Shown: positions 10,310-21,195, counted from the first letter of the stretch. The stretch: DNA of 64,000 nt from Agathobacter sp. (GCA_045633955.1 JAZQZJ010000085.1:471-64470); one strand, 5' to 3'. The notes: generated by a model from the letters alone, not told the origin. Made by a program: numbers and translations.

Positions 10310-11659
10310 CTAAACCGTAATTTTTTTTATTTTGTAGCGATAATAGAAGATAAAGAACACCGATGTCATAATCCAAGAGATTGGATAACTCCAGGAAATA
10401 GTTTCCATGCTTGGGCTAAGCGGGAAGATGAAAAGTGTCCAAAAAATACGAAATCCACAGATGCCGAGCATGGTCATAATCATTGGAATGATGGCATCTC
10501 CTATACCACGAAGGGCACAGGAATATATTTCGATAAAACCAAAGGTGATATAAAATGGTGCCATGATGCTAAATGTGGTACATGCAATATCCAAAACAGC
10601 TGTATTATCCGTAAAAATCGAGAAGAGTGGATATTGGAATGCCATGAGGAAAGTCACGATTACAATAGCGAATGCGAAATACATGCCTAATCCGATTTTA
10701 ACGCTTTTCTTTACACGGTTCATGTGACCGGCACCATAATTTTGTCCAACGAAAGTTGTGATAGCAGTTCCTAATGAGCCGCCAATCATCCAATAGATGC
10801 CATCGAGTTTTGCGAGGGCTGTCCATGCGGCTGCGGCATCAGTTCCTATACTGTTTACTGCACTTTGTAAAATCATATTTGATAAGCTGTACATAGAGGT
10901 TTGGATACCACCAGGAAAACCGATGTAAAGCTGTGTCTTTAATGTTTCCCAATCAATTCGAATTTCTCGAAGTGAGAAATCACACAATTCTTTTGCAGAT
11001 AGCAATGCACGAGTTACCAAAACGGCACTGATAGCTTGTGCAATCAAGGTTGCAACAGCCACACCCAGTACTCCCATTTGGAAAACAACCACAAATAAAA
11101 TATCCAGGACAATATTTATCAGACAGCAGATAATCAAATAAATCAAAGGACGTTTGGAATCTCCCAATGCTCGCAAGAGTGAGGAGCCCGTATTATAAAT
11201 AAATATAAAAAGAATTCCAACTAAAAACACGCGAAGGTAAAGTAAAGAATCCTCAAAAATATCTGCAGGTGTATTTAAGACCTCTAAAAGTGCGGGTGCA
11301 GATAGATATCCCAAGATGGAAATGACGATACTGCTAATGATGGAAAATCCATAAATGGTATGGATGCTGTTGCTTACCTTTATACGGTCGCCACTTCCGA
11401 AAAATTGAGAAACAATGACTGATGCACCTGCGGTTAGGCCCACAAAAAAGCCAACGATTAAACTAACAATCATACCAGAAGAACCACCGACGGCTGCTAG
11501 TGCATCGCTGCCAACGAATCGGCCGACAACGATGGCATCAATGGTGTTATAAAGCTGTTGAAAAAATGTTCCAAAAAGAATTGGAAAGAAGAACAGAAGC
11601 AACTGATTTCCGATAGGTCCTTCGGTTAATTCATTTAGGTTTTTCTTGGTCTCATTCAT
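10310..11659 (-). CDS. MATE family efflux transporter
   Basis: FQQLYNTIDAIVVGRF, RALGDSKRP, GQNYGA motifs. Confidence 0.9.
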   Translation of the reverse strand: MNETKKNLNELTEGPIGNQLLLFFFPILFGTFFQQLYNTIDAIVVGRFVGSDALAAVGGSSGMIVSLIVGFFVGLTAGASVIVSQFFGSGDRIKVSNSIHTIYGFSIISSIVISILGYLSAPALLEVLNTPADIFEDSLLYLRVFLVGILFIFIYNTGSSLLRALGDSKRPLIYLIICCLINIVLDILFVVVFQMGVLGVAVATLIAQAISAVLVTRALLSAKELCDFSLREIRIDWETLKTQLYIGFPGGIQTSMYSLSNMILQSAVNSIGTDAAAAWTALAKLDGIYWMIGGSLGTAITTFVGQNYGAGHMNRVKKSVKIGLGMYFAFAIVIVTFLMAFQYPLFSIFTDNTAVLDIACTTFSIMAPFYITFGFIEIYSCALRGIGDAIIPMIMTMLGICGFRIFWTLFIFPLSPSMETISWSYPISWIMTSVFFIFYYRYKIKKITV

Positions 11660-11818
11660 TCTATATTCCTCATAAATTTTAAAGATAAATTATTTAAAAA
11701 GATTTAGGATAATTATACATGAAATTCCATAAAAGAAAAACATGAATTTGATTGAGTTTAAATGAATAGAGGAGTATAATGTATTTTGTATATTTATGAC
11801 TAAATTGAGGTAATTGGA

Positions 11819-13384
11819 ATGAGTAATATGGATTTTAGAGAAGTAGTAGATGAAAATAAAGACGATGTTGTGGATACAGATATCGTTGATGTAGAAGATA
11901 TATCTGAAACAGTAGAAGAGGTTAACGATACAGAAGAAATAAATGATGTGGATTCTGATGATACAGATGATGGTTATGAAGATCATTGTTACATTTGTCG
12001 TCGCCCAGAAAGTATGACAGGAAAAATGATTAACATGTATGGAGGAATCAAAATCTGTAACGATTGTTTGCAGAAGACATTGGATACGGTAAACAGCAAT
12101 CCATATATGGGAAATCCAAATATGAGTGGTATGCCTAATTTGGGCGGAATGCCACATATTAGTATGATTGATATGTCTGATTTGTCTAGTTTCTTTGGTG
12201 GTATGCCTGGCGGAGATGGCATGATGGGCGGTATCCCAAAGAGCCAGCGTTTGAAAAAGAAGCAGCCAAAAGAAAAGAAAGAAAAACCAGTACTAGATAT
12301 TCATTCAATCCCAGCGCCTCATAAGATTAAAGCGAGTTTGGATGATTATGTAATCGGACAGGAACATGCGAAGAAGGTGATGTCTGTAGCGGTTTATAAT
12401 CATTATAAACGTATTATGGATAAATCTGAAAGTGATGGAATCGAAATTGAAAAATCTAATATGCTCATGATTGGACCAACTGGTTGCGGTAAGACATATT
12501 TGGTAAAAACACTTGCAAAACTTTTGGATGTACCACTTGCTATTACAGATGCGACATCTTTAACAGAGGCCGGCTATATTGGTGACGATATTGAAAGTGT
12601 TGTAAGTAAACTTCTGGCAGCTGCAGATAATGATGTGGAACGTGCTGAGCATGGTATTATTTTTATCGATGAAATTGATAAAATTGCAAAGAAGAAAAAT
12701 ACCAACCAGCGTGACGTTAGCGGCGAATCTGTACAGCAGGGAATGTTAAAACTGTTAGAAGGTGCAGAAATTGAAGTTCCAGTAGGTGCTAGCAGTAAAA
12801 ATGCGATGGTTCCTATGACTATGGTTAATACCAAAAATATTTTATTTATTTGTGGTGGTGCATTCCCAGGGTTGGAAGATATCATTAAAGAACGTTTAAA
12901 TAAAGCAGCGGCTATTGGATTTAAGGCTGACTTAAAAGATAAATATGACGATGATGAAAATATTCTTCGTCAGGTTACCACAGAAGATGTACGTAAATTT
13001 GGTATGATTCCAGAATTTATTGGTCGTTTACCAATTATGTTTACATTAGATGCATTAACCGAAGATATGTTAGTGTCCATTTTAACAGCCCCTAAAAATG
13101 CGATTATTAAGCAGTATCAAAAATTGTTAGCAATGGATGAAGTTCGTTTAGAGTTTGAAGAAGCAGCACTTCGTAATATAGCAAAGAAAGCAAAAGAAAA
13201 GAAAGTTGGAGCCCGTGCGCTTCGAGCAATTATCGAAGAGTTCATGCTGGATATTATGTTTGAAGTACCAAAGGATGATAATATCGGTATGGTAACAATT
13301 ACAGAGGACTATATAGAGAAAAAAGGTGGTCCACGTATTCAGATGAGAGGATGCTTCGAAATTGAGGATAAGCAGAGTTCGTAG
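11819..13384 (+). CDS. clpX: ClpX-family AAA+ unfoldase (atypical paralog with extended N-terminus)
   Basis: CxxC...CxxC zinc finger, GPTGCGKT Walker A, IFIDEIDK Walker B, RDVSGESVQQ, IGF loop. Confidence 0.85.
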   Translation: MSNMDFREVVDENKDDVVDTDIVDVEDISETVEEVNDTEEINDVDSDDTDDGYEDHCYICRRPESMTGKMINMYGGIKICNDCLQKTLDTVNSNPYMGNPNMSGMPNLGGMPHISMIDMSDLSSFFGGMPGGDGMMGGIPKSQRLKKKQPKEKKEKPVLDIHSIPAPHKIKASLDDYVIGQEHAKKVMSVAVYNHYKRIMDKSESDGIEIEKSNMLMIGPTGCGKTYLVKTLAKLLDVPLAITDATSLTEAGYIGDDIESVVSKLLAAADNDVERAEHGIIFIDEIDKIAKKKNTNQRDVSGESVQQGMLKLLEGAEIEVPVGASSKNAMVPMTMVNTKNILFICGGAFPGLEDIIKERLNKAAAIGFKADLKDKYDDDENILRQVTTEDVRKFGMIPEFIGRLPIMFTLDALTEDMLVSILTAPKNAIIKQYQKLLAMDEVRLEFEEAALRNIAKKAKEKKVGARALRAIIEEFMLDIMFEVPKDDNIGMVTITEDYIEKKGGPRIQMRGCFEIEDKQSS

Positions 13385-13427
13385 TAACAATGCAATAGAA
13401 ATACAGTAGTAGGAAGGTCACATAAGA

Positions 13428-14516
13428 ATGAAAATTATTCACTGTGCGGATTTACACTTAGATTCAAAAATGACAGCAAATCTGTCCAAAGAACAGGCAA
13501 AAGAACGAAAAATGGAAATTCTCCGTACCTTTAGCAGAATGGTAGAGTTTGCAGTAAAAAATGAAGTTACTGTGATTATAATTGCAGGAGATTTGTTTGA
13601 TACCAGAAATGTATCTGCCACTGTGCGTAACTATGTACGAGATGTGATTGTAAATCATCCAGAAATAGATTTTCTTTATTTGAAAGGAAATCATGACAAT
13701 GATAATTTCCTTTCAAAACTGGATGAAATTCCAGAAAATCTTTGTTTGTTCCATGACAAATGGACTACATATACTTATGGAAACGTAGCCATTACAGGAT
13801 TAGAACTCGATAGAGAAAATAGTCTTACAGCATACAATACATTGGTATTAAGTCATGATGCATATAATATTGTAACGCTTCATGGACAGCTTTCAGAGTA
13901 TAAAAGCAGAGATAAAGCAGAAGTGATTAGTTTGGACGAATACAGAAACAAGAATATTGACTATCTGGCGCTTGGTCATGTGCATAGTTTCATGATTGAT
14001 AAACTCGATGCTCGTGGTGTGTATTGTTATCCTGGCTGTTTGGATGGCAGGGGATTTGATGAATGCGGTACAAAGGGATTTGTGCTTTTGGATATTGATA
14101 TCGAAAACCATACAGCTACCTCTACATTTATGCCTATGAGTTCCCGCGTGCTTCATACAGTTACAGTAGATGTGACCGGTATCACAACAACACAAGAAGC
14201 AGCGACTCGTATGGAGACAGTAATTCGTGATGGAAAATATGCATCCAGCAGTTTAGTGAAATTTGTATTAACAGGTGAAGTGGATGTAGAATGTGAATTG
14301 GAAACAGACTTTTTGGAAGAACAGTTTGCAGATTATTTTTATTTCTGTAAAGTGTATGATGAAACAAAGATAAAAGTAAACTATCAGGATTATGAAAAAG
14401 ATGCATCCTTAAAAGGAGAATTTGTGCGTCTGGTATCGGCTTCCGATTTATCAGAAGAAGAAAAAGCCATTGTAATTCGTACAGGTATTTTGGCATTACA
14501 GGGAGAGGAGATTTAA
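13428..14516 (+). CDS. Mre11/SbcD-like metallophosphoesterase nuclease (YhaO-like)
   Basis: HCADLHL, AGDLFD, GNHD, YLALGHVH motifs. Confidence 0.88.
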   Translation: MKIIHCADLHLDSKMTANLSKEQAKERKMEILRTFSRMVEFAVKNEVTVIIIAGDLFDTRNVSATVRNYVRDVIVNHPEIDFLYLKGNHDNDNFLSKLDEIPENLCLFHDKWTTYTYGNVAITGLELDRENSLTAYNTLVLSHDAYNIVTLHGQLSEYKSRDKAEVISLDEYRNKNIDYLALGHVHSFMIDKLDARGVYCYPGCLDGRGFDECGTKGFVLLDIDIENHTATSTFMPMSSRVLHTVTVDVTGITTTQEAATRMETVIRDGKYASSSLVKFVLTGEVDVECELETDFLEEQFADYFYFCKVYDETKIKVNYQDYEKDASLKGEFVRLVSASDLSEEEKAIVIRTGILALQGEEI

Positions 14517-14519
14517 TAT

Positions 14520-16919
14520 ATGAAGTTATTAGCATGTCATATTGAAAATTTTGGGAAATTATCCGATCTCTCTATTGATTTTGTAGATGGAATCAATGTT
14601 ATCAATCAATCAAATGCATGGGGAAAAAGTACACTTGCCGCATTTTTAAAGGTTATGTTTTATGGATTAGATGCAAAAAAAGAAGCGGGAGCTTTTGAGA
14701 AAGAACGTGTTTTGTATCGTCCTTGGCAAGGTGGCGTTTTTGGCGGAGAATTGGATTTTGAAATGGATGGAAAACGTTTCCGCATTAGCAGAAGTTTTGG
14801 ACGTACAGAAAAGACAGATGAATTTCATTTGTATGACTTATCTACGAATTTAGAATGTTTGGATTATTCGGAACAGATTGGAACCGAAATTTTTGACTTG
14901 GATAGCAGCTCTTTTAAGAGAACAATTTATATTGCGCAGAATGATTGTGTAGGTGGAGTTTCAGATCGCATCAATGCAAAACTTGGTAATTTGGCTGAAA
15001 ATACGGATGATATTAATAACTTTGAGTCTGCTAGCCGTCATTTAAAAGATATTTTAAATCAGTTGACACCTGATCGTGTGACTGGAAGCATCAAAAAACG
15101 TAAGAACTATATTACACAATTAACGCAGGAACTTCGTGCCTTTGAATCTGCACAGCAGGGAATGGAAGGGATTCGACGAAAAGAACAAGTGGTTTCTTCC
15201 CAGATTAATGAGTTGATGGGAATTCGTCAGAATTATGCACAGGCCTTGGTAGTAGCTAGTGAGGAAAGCCGTAAAAAAGAGCTTTATATGCAGTATGATG
15301 CATTGTGTAAAGATGTAGATGCAAAAGAAGAAAAAGTAGACAGATTAAAAGCTTTTTTCCCAAATGGAGTACCTCAAAAAGAAGAATTTAAGGCACAGAT
15401 GCAGTATGTGCGTAATATGGAGAACAAAAAGGCTCAATTAAAAGGCTTAGAATTAACGGTTAGCGAGCATGAAATCTGGAATAAATTAGAGACGATGTTT
15501 GAGACAGAAGTGCCTACATTAAAACAGATTGATGCATCCCTCGAGACACTGGGTAGTATTGATAAACAAAAAGAAAATTTGGCTAGTTTAGAAACACATA
15601 TGCATCTTCTGGAAAAGGAATTAGAAGAAGAACCACAGATGCCAGTGTTTGAAAGGATTAGTCATAAGATTTTCTTGTTTACAGGATTTGGCATTGTATT
15701 GGTAGGAGTAGCGGCATTGGCTCTTTGGTACATGAATATGATTCCTGTAGCAAATGACAAATATCTGTTAATTGCGATTGTATGTGCGATTCTGTTTGGT
15801 GGAGCATTTGTATTAGTTGGCGCGTTGCAGGGATATCGTGTGGAAAAAGAGCGTGAGGCATGGCAGCTTTCGATAGATAATGATACAGCGAATGTTCGTG
15901 AGCGTTATGAAGAGCTAAAGGGACAGGCTGCTAGTTTAAAAGAACATATTAATCAAGTGCATGGTACGGTGGGATCTTTCTTGGAAAGATTCCGTGTATA
16001 TTGCAAGGTAGATGAATATTCTGCAAAATTATATGAGATGAAGAGTCAATTGACAGAGCATGAACGCCTTACAGAAAAAATTGGTGAGAGTATGCATACT
16101 CGCAAAGAACTTGAAGCGGAAATGCAGAAAATTCATAGTTTTACAGAAAAGTATGGATGTTCTGATAGCGAAGATGTGTCGAGTGTGTTAAATAACTATC
16201 AGGAAAAGGCTGCAGAATATCATGTAGCGCAATTGGCGTATGAGGAAGCTTATAAAAAGCGAGATGATTTTGAAAAACGTCAGGACAAATCATTTTGGAC
16301 AAAGGAAGGATTATGTCCATATGGCATTGATGAATTGAATCAGATGATTCAGAAGGCAGATGCCAAATTAGAAGAATTAAAAAATGCAAAGTCACAATAT
16401 ACGAAGCAATTAGAAGATTTACAAGAGCAGTTGGATTTACGAGATGAAAAGCAGGCAGAGTTGGGTGAACAGCTGTATCAGCAGGAAAGGGATATGAAGA
16501 AATATACGATTATAAAGCTGACACAGGAATATCTGACAAAGGCAAAGGAGCAGTTTACTGCCCGTTATATGGATCCGATTGCCAATGGATTTTCAAAGTA
16601 TTACCAGATGCTTACAGGTGATGATAGTAAAGCTTGGATGATTGATGCAAATATCAATCTAAAGATGAAAGAACAGGGTGAATTACGAGATACCAGATGG
16701 CTCTCTGCTGGTTATCAAGACTTACTCGGTGTTTGTATGCGTCTGGCATTGGTAGATACCATGTACAAAGAAGAAAAACCATTTTTGGTTTTGGACGATC
16801 CTTTTGTGAATCTTGATGCGAAAAAGGTAGAAGCTGGAAATCAGTTGTTATTAGAAGTGGCGAAAGAATATCAGGTAATCTATTTTACCTGTCATGATAG
16901 TCGTAGTCCAATAGCATAG
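14520..16919 (+). CDS. Rad50/SbcC-like SMC ATPase (YhaN-like) with central hydrophobic helices
   Basis: IENFGK, NAWGKST Walker A, long coiled coil, LSAG signature, LVLDDPF Walker B, FTCH. Confidence 0.85.
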   Translation: MKLLACHIENFGKLSDLSIDFVDGINVINQSNAWGKSTLAAFLKVMFYGLDAKKEAGAFEKERVLYRPWQGGVFGGELDFEMDGKRFRISRSFGRTEKTDEFHLYDLSTNLECLDYSEQIGTEIFDLDSSSFKRTIYIAQNDCVGGVSDRINAKLGNLAENTDDINNFESASRHLKDILNQLTPDRVTGSIKKRKNYITQLTQELRAFESAQQGMEGIRRKEQVVSSQINELMGIRQNYAQALVVASEESRKKELYMQYDALCKDVDAKEEKVDRLKAFFPNGVPQKEEFKAQMQYVRNMENKKAQLKGLELTVSEHEIWNKLETMFETEVPTLKQIDASLETLGSIDKQKENLASLETHMHLLEKELEEEPQMPVFERISHKIFLFTGFGIVLVGVAALALWYMNMIPVANDKYLLIAIVCAILFGGAFVLVGALQGYRVEKEREAWQLSIDNDTANVRERYEELKGQAASLKEHINQVHGTVGSFLERFRVYCKVDEYSAKLYEMKSQLTEHERLTEKIGESMHTRKELEAEMQKIHSFTEKYGCSDSEDVSSVLNNYQEKAAEYHVAQLAYEEAYKKRDDFEKRQDKSFWTKEGLCPYGIDELNQMIQKADAKLEELKNAKSQYTKQLEDLQEQLDLRDEKQAELGEQLYQQERDMKKYTIIKLTQEYLTKAKEQFTARYMDPIANGFSKYYQMLTGDDSKAWMIDANINLKMKEQGELRDTRWLSAGYQDLLGVCMRLALVDTMYKEEKPFLVLDDPFVNLDAKKVEAGNQLLLEVAKEYQVIYFTCHDSRSPIA

Positions 16920-16931
16920 TAGAGCGAATAG

Positions 16932-16962
16932 AACCCTCAAGCGAATGAACTTGAGGGTTTTT
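16932..16962 (+). terminator. Intrinsic terminator
   Basis: AACCCTCAAG...CTTGAGGGTTTTT. Confidence 0.7.
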
Positions 16963-17036
16963 ATATTATGAAAAGGGAATAACAATTCAAGATTATTGGC
17001 ATAAAATAGATTAATATGTTGTTTTGGAGTTTGTCT

Positions 17037-18725
17037 ATGGCATGTAATTCGATTATTCCTTCCAATGATACGTTTGATTTTATTGTTGCCAGTGATGAGC
17101 TGACACCGCCCTTGATACAGCCTTTGTGTATACAGCCAATTAATGAAATTTATTCTATTTGGTATTATGACAGAGCGGGAATACCTCCACTTTCACTTGG
17201 AGAATATTCTTATGGTTCTATTCCAAAATGTTTTTCGCTTATGGATAGTACTAGTTTAGATGTAAGTGGAATTTTGGCGATTCAGAATCAGCCGAATCTA
17301 GCGCTAAAAGGGCAGGGTGTTTTGGTCGGTATTGTGGATACGGGAATTGATTATACCAATACATTGTTTCGTGATATAGCAGGGAGTTCAAGAATCTATG
17401 CAATGTGGGATCAGACACTAGTAAATGGTGATGAAAGGAGAAGTCCAGAAGGTTTTCTATATGGAGTGGAGTATACAAAGACAGATATTAATCGTGCATT
17501 ACAATCGGAGAATCCCGAAGAAATAGTACCGGAACGAGATGAAATCGGACATGGAACTTTTCTTGCTAGTTTGGCTGCTGGAAGTGAAGATGCGTCAAAT
17601 GATTTTGTAGGTGCTGCTCCAGAGTGTGAACTAGTAATTGTAAAACTAAAGGAAGCAAAACAGAATTTAAGAGAGTTTTTTTATTTGTCAGAAACAGAAC
17701 CTATTTATCAGGAAAATGATATTATGGCCGGTGTAGCATATGTAGAAGATATCGCAAAAAGAGCAAATCGTCCGTTGGTTGTGTTGTTGGGGGTTGGGAC
17801 AAATCAAGGCAGTCATTCGGGTACGGGTCCATTGTCCACATATTTGGATTTTATAGGATTTCGTCGTAGGAGAGCAGTTGTAGTTCCTGCGGGAAACGAA
17901 GCGATTGCGGCACATCATTTTTATGGGGAGACGAAATCGGTGCTTTCCCCAGTGACAGTGGAGTTAAATGTGGAAGCAGAAGTGAAAGGATTTTGTATGG
18001 AATTATGGTCTTCTGCCCCAGAGTTGGTACGGGTGATTGTACAGTCTCCTACAGGACAGCGAAGTCAGGGTGGATTTCCTGTTTCAGAAGAAACCCAGGT
18101 GACAAATTTTATCTTTGAAAATACAGTATTGACCTTGGATTATCGAATTTCGGGAACAGAAAGAGACTTACTGATATTCTTTCGATTCAGTAATCCCACA
18201 GAAGGAATTTGGATTGTATTGGTGTATCCGCAGCAATCTATCACTGGAGGCTTTCATATGTGGCTTCCAATTCAGTCACAGGTGGGGCCGGATGTAACCT
18301 TTATTTCACCAAATCCGGATACAACTGTTACAACACCAGGTATGGCGGAAATACCAATCACGGTGGGTGGTTATGATGGATTAACTGGAGCAAGATGGAT
18401 TCCATCAGGAAGAGGATTCTCTACAGATGGGAGAGTAAAACCAGACTTTTGCGCACCATCGGTAAATGTGTTTGGTGCAGGATTACGAAAGGATTACGTA
18501 GAACAAACAGGCAGCAGTGTTGCTGCGGCTATAACGGCAGGTGCAGCAGCTCTTTGTATGGAATGGGGAATTATAGATGGATATGCGCCAACGATGAATT
18601 CTGTTGAGATAAAAAATTTAATGATACGTGGATGTAACAGAGAACAAAACCAAATATATCCAAATACAGAATGGGGATATGGAAAGTTAGATTTGTATCA
18701 CTCTTTTGAGGTTTTACGAAATTAA
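17037..18725 (+). CDS. S8 subtilase, CspA/CspB-like spore germination protease
   Basis: IVDTGID (Asp), GHGTFLA (His), TGSSVAA (Ser), KPDFCAP, WGYGKL; probable ATG 17037 after GGAG (ORF open from 17016). Confidence 0.8.
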   Translation: MACNSIIPSNDTFDFIVASDELTPPLIQPLCIQPINEIYSIWYYDRAGIPPLSLGEYSYGSIPKCFSLMDSTSLDVSGILAIQNQPNLALKGQGVLVGIVDTGIDYTNTLFRDIAGSSRIYAMWDQTLVNGDERRSPEGFLYGVEYTKTDINRALQSENPEEIVPERDEIGHGTFLASLAAGSEDASNDFVGAAPECELVIVKLKEAKQNLREFFYLSETEPIYQENDIMAGVAYVEDIAKRANRPLVVLLGVGTNQGSHSGTGPLSTYLDFIGFRRRRAVVVPAGNEAIAAHHFYGETKSVLSPVTVELNVEAEVKGFCMELWSSAPELVRVIVQSPTGQRSQGGFPVSEETQVTNFIFENTVLTLDYRISGTERDLLIFFRFSNPTEGIWIVLVYPQQSITGGFHMWLPIQSQVGPDVTFISPNPDTTVTTPGMAEIPITVGGYDGLTGARWIPSGRGFSTDGRVKPDFCAPSVNVFGAGLRKDYVEQTGSSVAAAITAGAAALCMEWGIIDGYAPTMNSVEIKNLMIRGCNREQNQIYPNTEWGYGKLDLYHSFEVLRN

Positions 18726-18861
18726 TTATTACTATAGATAAAAATTATACAATTTTTATGAAAAATGTGATGAAGTATTGTTTTTTTTATGATACAATAC
18801 GAAATAAGGTGGAAAAGAATTTCTATTTGTGAAGTACAAATAAGGAAGAAGGTAAAGTCGT

Positions 18862-21195
18862 ATGGTTGCGATTCAGTTGAAAAAGGGTGAACATTTAGTT
18901 CGAAAAGGGGAATCTACAAAGGCGATTTATATTGTATTAAAAGGCTCTGTAGTAATGAAAACAGAATATAATCAGATTACTTTGGATAGTGGAAGTATTA
19001 TCGGGATTATGTATGGTTACACGGATGAATATACGGGTGACTATGTTGCGTTAGAGGATTCTTTGATTGCATCTTATAAATATGAGAGTCCTGAGGATTA
19101 TAAAACGATTTTTAGGGAACAGCCCAAATACTGTTATGCCTTCTTGTATGCAGCTATTAGACAGTTCCGTATCGTATATGATAATTATAAAGCTTTGCAG
19201 GATGCTGCGAAGGAAATCTCTGATTTTATTACAAAACAGCATAGCGAATATGAGATGATGTGTTCTGAGTATGGTGTAGAGGCTAGTGATGCGCAGATAT
19301 CAGAACTTAGTCAGGTGGAAGAACCAGAACCTATCAAACCATGGGAATTTAATTATTTCATGGATTTGGTCGATTTGCCAGAGAAAAATCTTCGTTTCTT
19401 TTATGGAGACAAAGAGAATCTGACGATTGGTGTATTGCTTCAGATTGCAGAAATCGAAACCCGTATGATTGCCAATATGGATGCTTTAAAAGAATATATC
19501 CATAGTGCAAAGGATAGTTTATTAAATGAAGACGAAGACTTGTTACAGCTTTGGTATGATTTGGCTGTGAAATTGGCTACAAAAGAATATGATGTCGATG
19601 AAGTGGACGAAAGAGTAAAAGAGTTAGAAGAGTTCTTGAAAAATACCAACTTCTATAAAGACAATGTAGTAGAAAATCGCATGGATTATTATCGTTCTGT
19701 AGATTTTAAGAATTATGTGAAGAATCATGCACCTCAGATGGAAGATGAAGATAATGCTAATGGTGAAGTTGCAGAAGAAATGACCAGAGATCAGGTATTA
19801 AGAACTGATTTTACTACATATATTATGAAGTATGCTGGTTATGAACAGCAAGAAATCAACCAATGTAAAGCATTGATTAGAGAGTATGGGGAGATTGCGG
19901 AGATTCAGGATTATACACCTGAGATGCAAAAGACCAGAAGAGCACTTACCAAGGTGTTCTACGAGATTTATGAAAAGGCATTTCTACGTGCCGTACATGC
20001 GAGAAGTATTTCGACAGTTATGAAACTCTTCTTCAATTTTGGTGTGTTGGATTTGGCATTGGCAGGCGTTGCTCATTTAGATGAGTTGATGGCAATTAGC
20101 GAGTTGCTGGATAATCAGTGGATGGAACAGAAACAGGCAGATAAAAATGGAGAATCTTTTTGCCATGTATATACAGCATATCAGTGGCTCTGTTTGGTAT
20201 ATCGTGGAGAAAAAGAGCCATCCAAAAATGAATTTGATGTGGACTATGCGGGATATTTATTAGAACTGCGTAAGAATCACGAAATTACAAGAGAAGAAGA
20301 AAACCAGTTGAAACGAGACCAGTTAAAGAAGGTTGAGTTTGAAATCCGTAATATGTTTATGACAAATAACCGTATTACATATGGACGAATCACCACATTT
20401 TGTCCAGTACTTCATGAAAAAGATTTTATCCGTACGATTGATCAGTTAATCGTATCACTTATGACGGTAAATGCAGCAATAGATGAAATTCGTGATTTGG
20501 ATTATTCTTGCTTCTTTAGAGAAGTATTTTTCGCTGCACCAGCTTACGGCATAGAGCGTACAGAAATTATGAAAGAAGTATTGCCAGATGTTATTTTGAT
20601 GCCTAATATTGGTACAAAAGCTATGATGTGGCAGGAAACTGCTGGTGTAAAGAGAGATACACCTGCAAGATTTATTTTCCCAGTTATGACCAGTGGCGAT
20701 TTGACAGATATGATGTTAGAAACCGTTGGACGTTATCGATGGGAAATTTGTCGAAAGATTCTTGGTGTTCGTTGGAATGATATCCGTGAAAAATCATTGA
20801 CTTCTGAATTTTATGATTATGTACAGTTTTACCGTAAGAATCGTGATTTATCGCAGGAAGCAAAAGAAAAAGTAAAAGCCGAACTGGTACATGCAAAAAA
20901 CAATTATCGAGAAGTATTTGTATCTGATTATTTGAGTTGGATGAAGTTTGAGTCACAAGGAAATTTCCGTTTGAACAAAGTATCTCGTCGTATTATTTCC
21001 GAATATGTGCCATTTAAGGTAGAAATTAGAAAGAAATTGGAAGAAAATCCAATGTATCGTGAACTATTTGCCAAGAGTAATATTATTATGGGTAGAAAGC
21101 GTGAAAAAGAAAAAGTATTATTTGACCGTTACGTGACAGCAGGTGGTGTGATTACGCCAGAGCTAGAAGCGCATTTAAAATATTATGGTGTATAA
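18862..21195 (+). CDS. Cyclic-nucleotide-binding-fold protein with large uncharacterised helical C-terminal region
   Basis: N-terminal KKGEHLVRKGE...IYIVLKGSV cNMP/Crp-like barrel pattern; no HTH seen. Confidence 0.65.
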   Translation: MVAIQLKKGEHLVRKGESTKAIYIVLKGSVVMKTEYNQITLDSGSIIGIMYGYTDEYTGDYVALEDSLIASYKYESPEDYKTIFREQPKYCYAFLYAAIRQFRIVYDNYKALQDAAKEISDFITKQHSEYEMMCSEYGVEASDAQISELSQVEEPEPIKPWEFNYFMDLVDLPEKNLRFFYGDKENLTIGVLLQIAEIETRMIANMDALKEYIHSAKDSLLNEDEDLLQLWYDLAVKLATKEYDVDEVDERVKELEEFLKNTNFYKDNVVENRMDYYRSVDFKNYVKNHAPQMEDEDNANGEVAEEMTRDQVLRTDFTTYIMKYAGYEQQEINQCKALIREYGEIAEIQDYTPEMQKTRRALTKVFYEIYEKAFLRAVHARSISTVMKLFFNFGVLDLALAGVAHLDELMAISELLDNQWMEQKQADKNGESFCHVYTAYQWLCLVYRGEKEPSKNEFDVDYAGYLLELRKNHEITREEENQLKRDQLKKVEFEIRNMFMTNNRITYGRITTFCPVLHEKDFIRTIDQLIVSLMTVNAAIDEIRDLDYSCFFREVFFAAPAYGIERTEIMKEVLPDVILMPNIGTKAMMWQETAGVKRDTPARFIFPVMTSGDLTDMMLETVGRYRWEICRKILGVRWNDIREKSLTSEFYDYVQFYRKNRDLSQEAKEKVKAELVHAKNNYREVFVSDYLSWMKFESQGNFRLNKVSRRIISEYVPFKVEIRKKLEENPMYRELFAKSNIIMGRKREKEKVLFDRYVTAGGVITPELEAHLKYYGV

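Noticed and set aside
17037-18725. CspC-type pseudoprotease (germinant receptor)
   Set aside because: Asp, His and Ser catalytic positions all appear intact (DTG, HGT, GSS)
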